Shown here piece after piece: positions 22,374 to 24,129 of a stretch of 24,129 nt of DNA (position 1 is the stretch's first letter; each line of letters begins with the position of its first letter). The position numbers and the translations under genes were made by a program. This DNA comes from a virus. Lineage: Duplodnaviria > Caudoviricetes. Location: positions 1-24,129 of the IMG/VR virus record IMGVR_UViG_3300037310_000384; one strand, given 5' to 3'. The notes beneath the pieces were generated by a model. That model saw nothing but the letters and a program-made list of their open reading frames with translations, searched no databases and had not been told where the DNA came from.

Positions 22374-24129
22374 TTAAAAATCCTCCGTTTCCCAAGGTTC
22401 TCTAATCCGCGCCGGCTGTTTGGGCGCGGTAAAAATTTCGTCGGCAGCGGCGGCGGCGGCCACGTCTTCAGCAGTAATTTGCGGCGGGACGGCGCGCAAT
22501 TTCGGCGCGGCCATCCGCGTCAACTGGTGGACGGATGCGCCCCCGCCGGCGCGGGGCGCGTCGTTGACGGCCAGCGGCAGTTCGACGGCCACCGGCTCGA
22601 CGGCGCGCAACTGAGCCGCGACGCGCTCCTCGGTGGTCTCGCCGCGCGCGATGCTGGCCGCCAAGAAATTGAACTCGCGCACCTGTTTGCGTTCGTGCGC
22701 GCGGGCGCGGGCGATGGTTTCGAGCGTCTTTTTGTTGGGGTTGTTGAGGGCCGTCGGCGTGACCAGCGCGGCCTCCACGATGCGTTTGTCGGGCAGGATG
22801 CACCAGACCCGGCTGAAGTCGTTGTCGGTGTAGCGGATTTCGACCTGTGCGCCCTTGAATTCCCACATCGCGTCGTGCAAGAAATTCCAGTTTGCCTGGA
22901 ACATCTGGACGCCATTTTTTCCTATTTTACGGGTCTGCGCTTTCATCAGCAGCAGCGCGAGAGCCTCGTCCGAGATTTCGTAGCGCGTCGTGTAGAGCCG
23001 GTTATATTCCTCAAAAGGAATAATCTCCGCGCCGCCCAATGTGGCGCGCGTGTGGGCCGTGTGGTTGTGTTCCAGAATCCAGCCCGACAGGTTTTCGCGG
23101 TAATCCTCCAGCGTCATAAAAGGCGACTCGCCGCGTTTGCCCTTGCGCCATTTCTCGTGTTGCGCCCACGCCTGATGCCACGCTTCGGGTTTGTTCTTGG
23201 CGTCGCGTCCGCAGTATTCAGGGGTGAAGGTATTCTGTTCCCAGTCGGAAATGTCGCGGTGAACCCGTTCGACGGCCTTCTCGCGGGCGTTGTAGCCTCG
23301 CGCCAACAGATGCTTCAAGCCCATCTCATCAACAAAGCCCACTTTCCGTTGAGTGCAAAGCACTTCTAGGCCGCCGGCAATCTTCGCCGCCTCTTTGAAA
23401 ACCAGCGTCTTGCCGTCCCATGTCTGCGATTTATAATCGCGGCCCTGGTCGGTGTAGATATAGGAGTAAAAATCTTGGTCGGGCCGCGAGAGAGGTTGCG
23501 CCCCGTGCGTTTGCACACCGTTGACGTAGGCGAGTCCAATAGTGCGGCTTGAAGGCGTTAAATCCAGATGCCAGCCCCAAATCAAGTAAGTGCGGAGGTC
23601 GAGCCAGAGCGTCAACCAGGGCCTGGTCAACGCGCCATCCGGCCCCACTACCGTCACATCGCGGATGGAGTGGTCGCCGCACAAAACTTGCAGGGCTTCA
23701 AGGTTGCGGTAATCACGCGGGACGTAGGGCGCAAACTTTGAGGTGTAAGCCTTTTCGCCTTTCCAGAGCAGGGTCTTAACCGTTGCCGGGATGTCTTCGT
23801 ATTTGCGATAAATCCAGGTCTCGGAAGGTATCACCCAGCCGTTGCGCCGGGCGCGTTTTTGCAGTTCGCGGTAAAGGGCGCGGGGACTGCCCCAGTTGCG
23901 GAAATTGTTATTGACCCACTCGGCGGCGGCTGGCGAAATTTCGGCTCTGCGTTTATCGGCAGTTGTAACTTTAGGAAGGGAACGCAGGAAGGCGCAGAGG
24001 CCGTCTTTCTTGAACTTTCGCAGCCATCCGTCGAGAGTAAAGGGGCTAGGGCATTGCGCCCTGTGGGGTTCGTGAGCAAGCAGAAGGGTATCCGAACACG
24101 CTGCCTGCCGGCACAGCGCGTGGACGGCG
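22374..24129 (-). CDS. MuA-like DDE transposase (5' end beyond the window)
   Basis: The frame stays open from 23834 to the right edge ([14 protein letters not shown]...). Catalytic motifs [17 protein letters not shown] and [10 protein letters not shown], plus C-terminal RKIGKNGV...VEIRY. Confidence 0.93.
   Translation of the reverse strand, partial: AVHALCRQAACSDTLLLAHEPHRAQCPSPFTLDGWLRKFKKDGLCAFLRSLPKVTTADKRRAEISPAAAEWVNNNFRNWGSPRALYRELQKRARRNGWVIPSETWIYRKYEDIPATVKTLLWKGEKAYTSKFAPYVPRDYRNLEALQVLCGDHSIRDVTVVGPDGALTRPWLTLWLDLRTYLIWGWHLDLTPSSRTIGLAYVNGVQTHGAQPLSRPDQDFYSYIYTDQGRDYKSQTWDGKTLVFKEAAKIAGGLEVLCTQRKVGFVDEMGLKHLLARGYNAREKAVERVHRDISDWEQNTFTPEYCGRDAKNKPEAWHQAWAQHEKWRKGKRGESPFMTLEDYRENLSGWILEHNHTAHTRATLGGAEIIPFEEYNRLYTTRYEISDEALALLLMKAQTRKIGKNGVQMFQANWNFLHDAMWEFKGAQVEIRYTDNDFSRVWCILPDKRIVEAALVTPTALNNPNKKTLETIARARAHERKQVREFNFLAASIARGETTEERVAAQLRAVEPVAVELPLAVNDAPRAGGGASVHQLTRMAAPKLRAVPPQITAEDVAAAAAADEIFTAPKQPARIREPWETEDF

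Larger units (their letters stand above)
1..24129 (-). mobile_element. Mu-like transposable (pro)phage with a contractile tail, internal segment
   Basis: MuA/MuB, lysis, terminase, DUF935 portal, MuF, gpI, capsid, gp36/gpG/gp37 and sheath in Mu-like order on one strand. No phage ends are visible. Confidence 0.95.

Noticed and set aside
22362-23369. 335-aa plus-strand ORF
   Set aside because: Antisense shadow of the transposase.
1-24129. Mu ends, repressor/ner, mom, invertible tail-fibre segment
   Set aside because: Not visible. The window is internal to the phage, so their absence from the whole genome cannot be claimed.

Overview
This GC-rich window is the middle of a transposable (Mu-like) prophage or phage with a contractile tail, transcribed almost entirely on the minus strand. 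Reading right to left: MuA-like DDE transposase (cut by the window edge), a stand-alone copy of the transposase C-terminal barrel, a Zn-ribbon protein, MuB-like ATPase, early genes (acidic micro-protein, wHTH, GemA-like, anti-sigma-like domain), lysis genes (M15 endolysin, spanin-like, holin-like), gp25/gp26-like genes, small and large terminase, five extra virion genes, portal, MuF (gpF) with an intein and a C-terminal JAB-like extension, a small Cys-rich partner gene, a Com-type zinc finger, protease/scaffold, decoration protein, major capsid, neck genes and the start of the tail sheath. Three things stand out. (1) The MuF intein has no recognisable in-frame endonuclease. Instead an HTH + DUF559/Vsr-like nuclease gene, with its own promoter-like sequence, is written on the opposite strand entirely inside the intein. 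(2) Portal and MuF overlap at an A9 slippery run, where a -1 shift would give one portal-MuF-intein-effector polyprotein. (3) Two copies of a covarying RNA element (tandem GAG boxes overlapping a terminator hairpin) precede the two late operons, one directly behind the Com gene, suggesting Com-dependent antitermination in place of Mu's Mor/C activators. All family assignments are by-eye motif recognition, and no searches were run.
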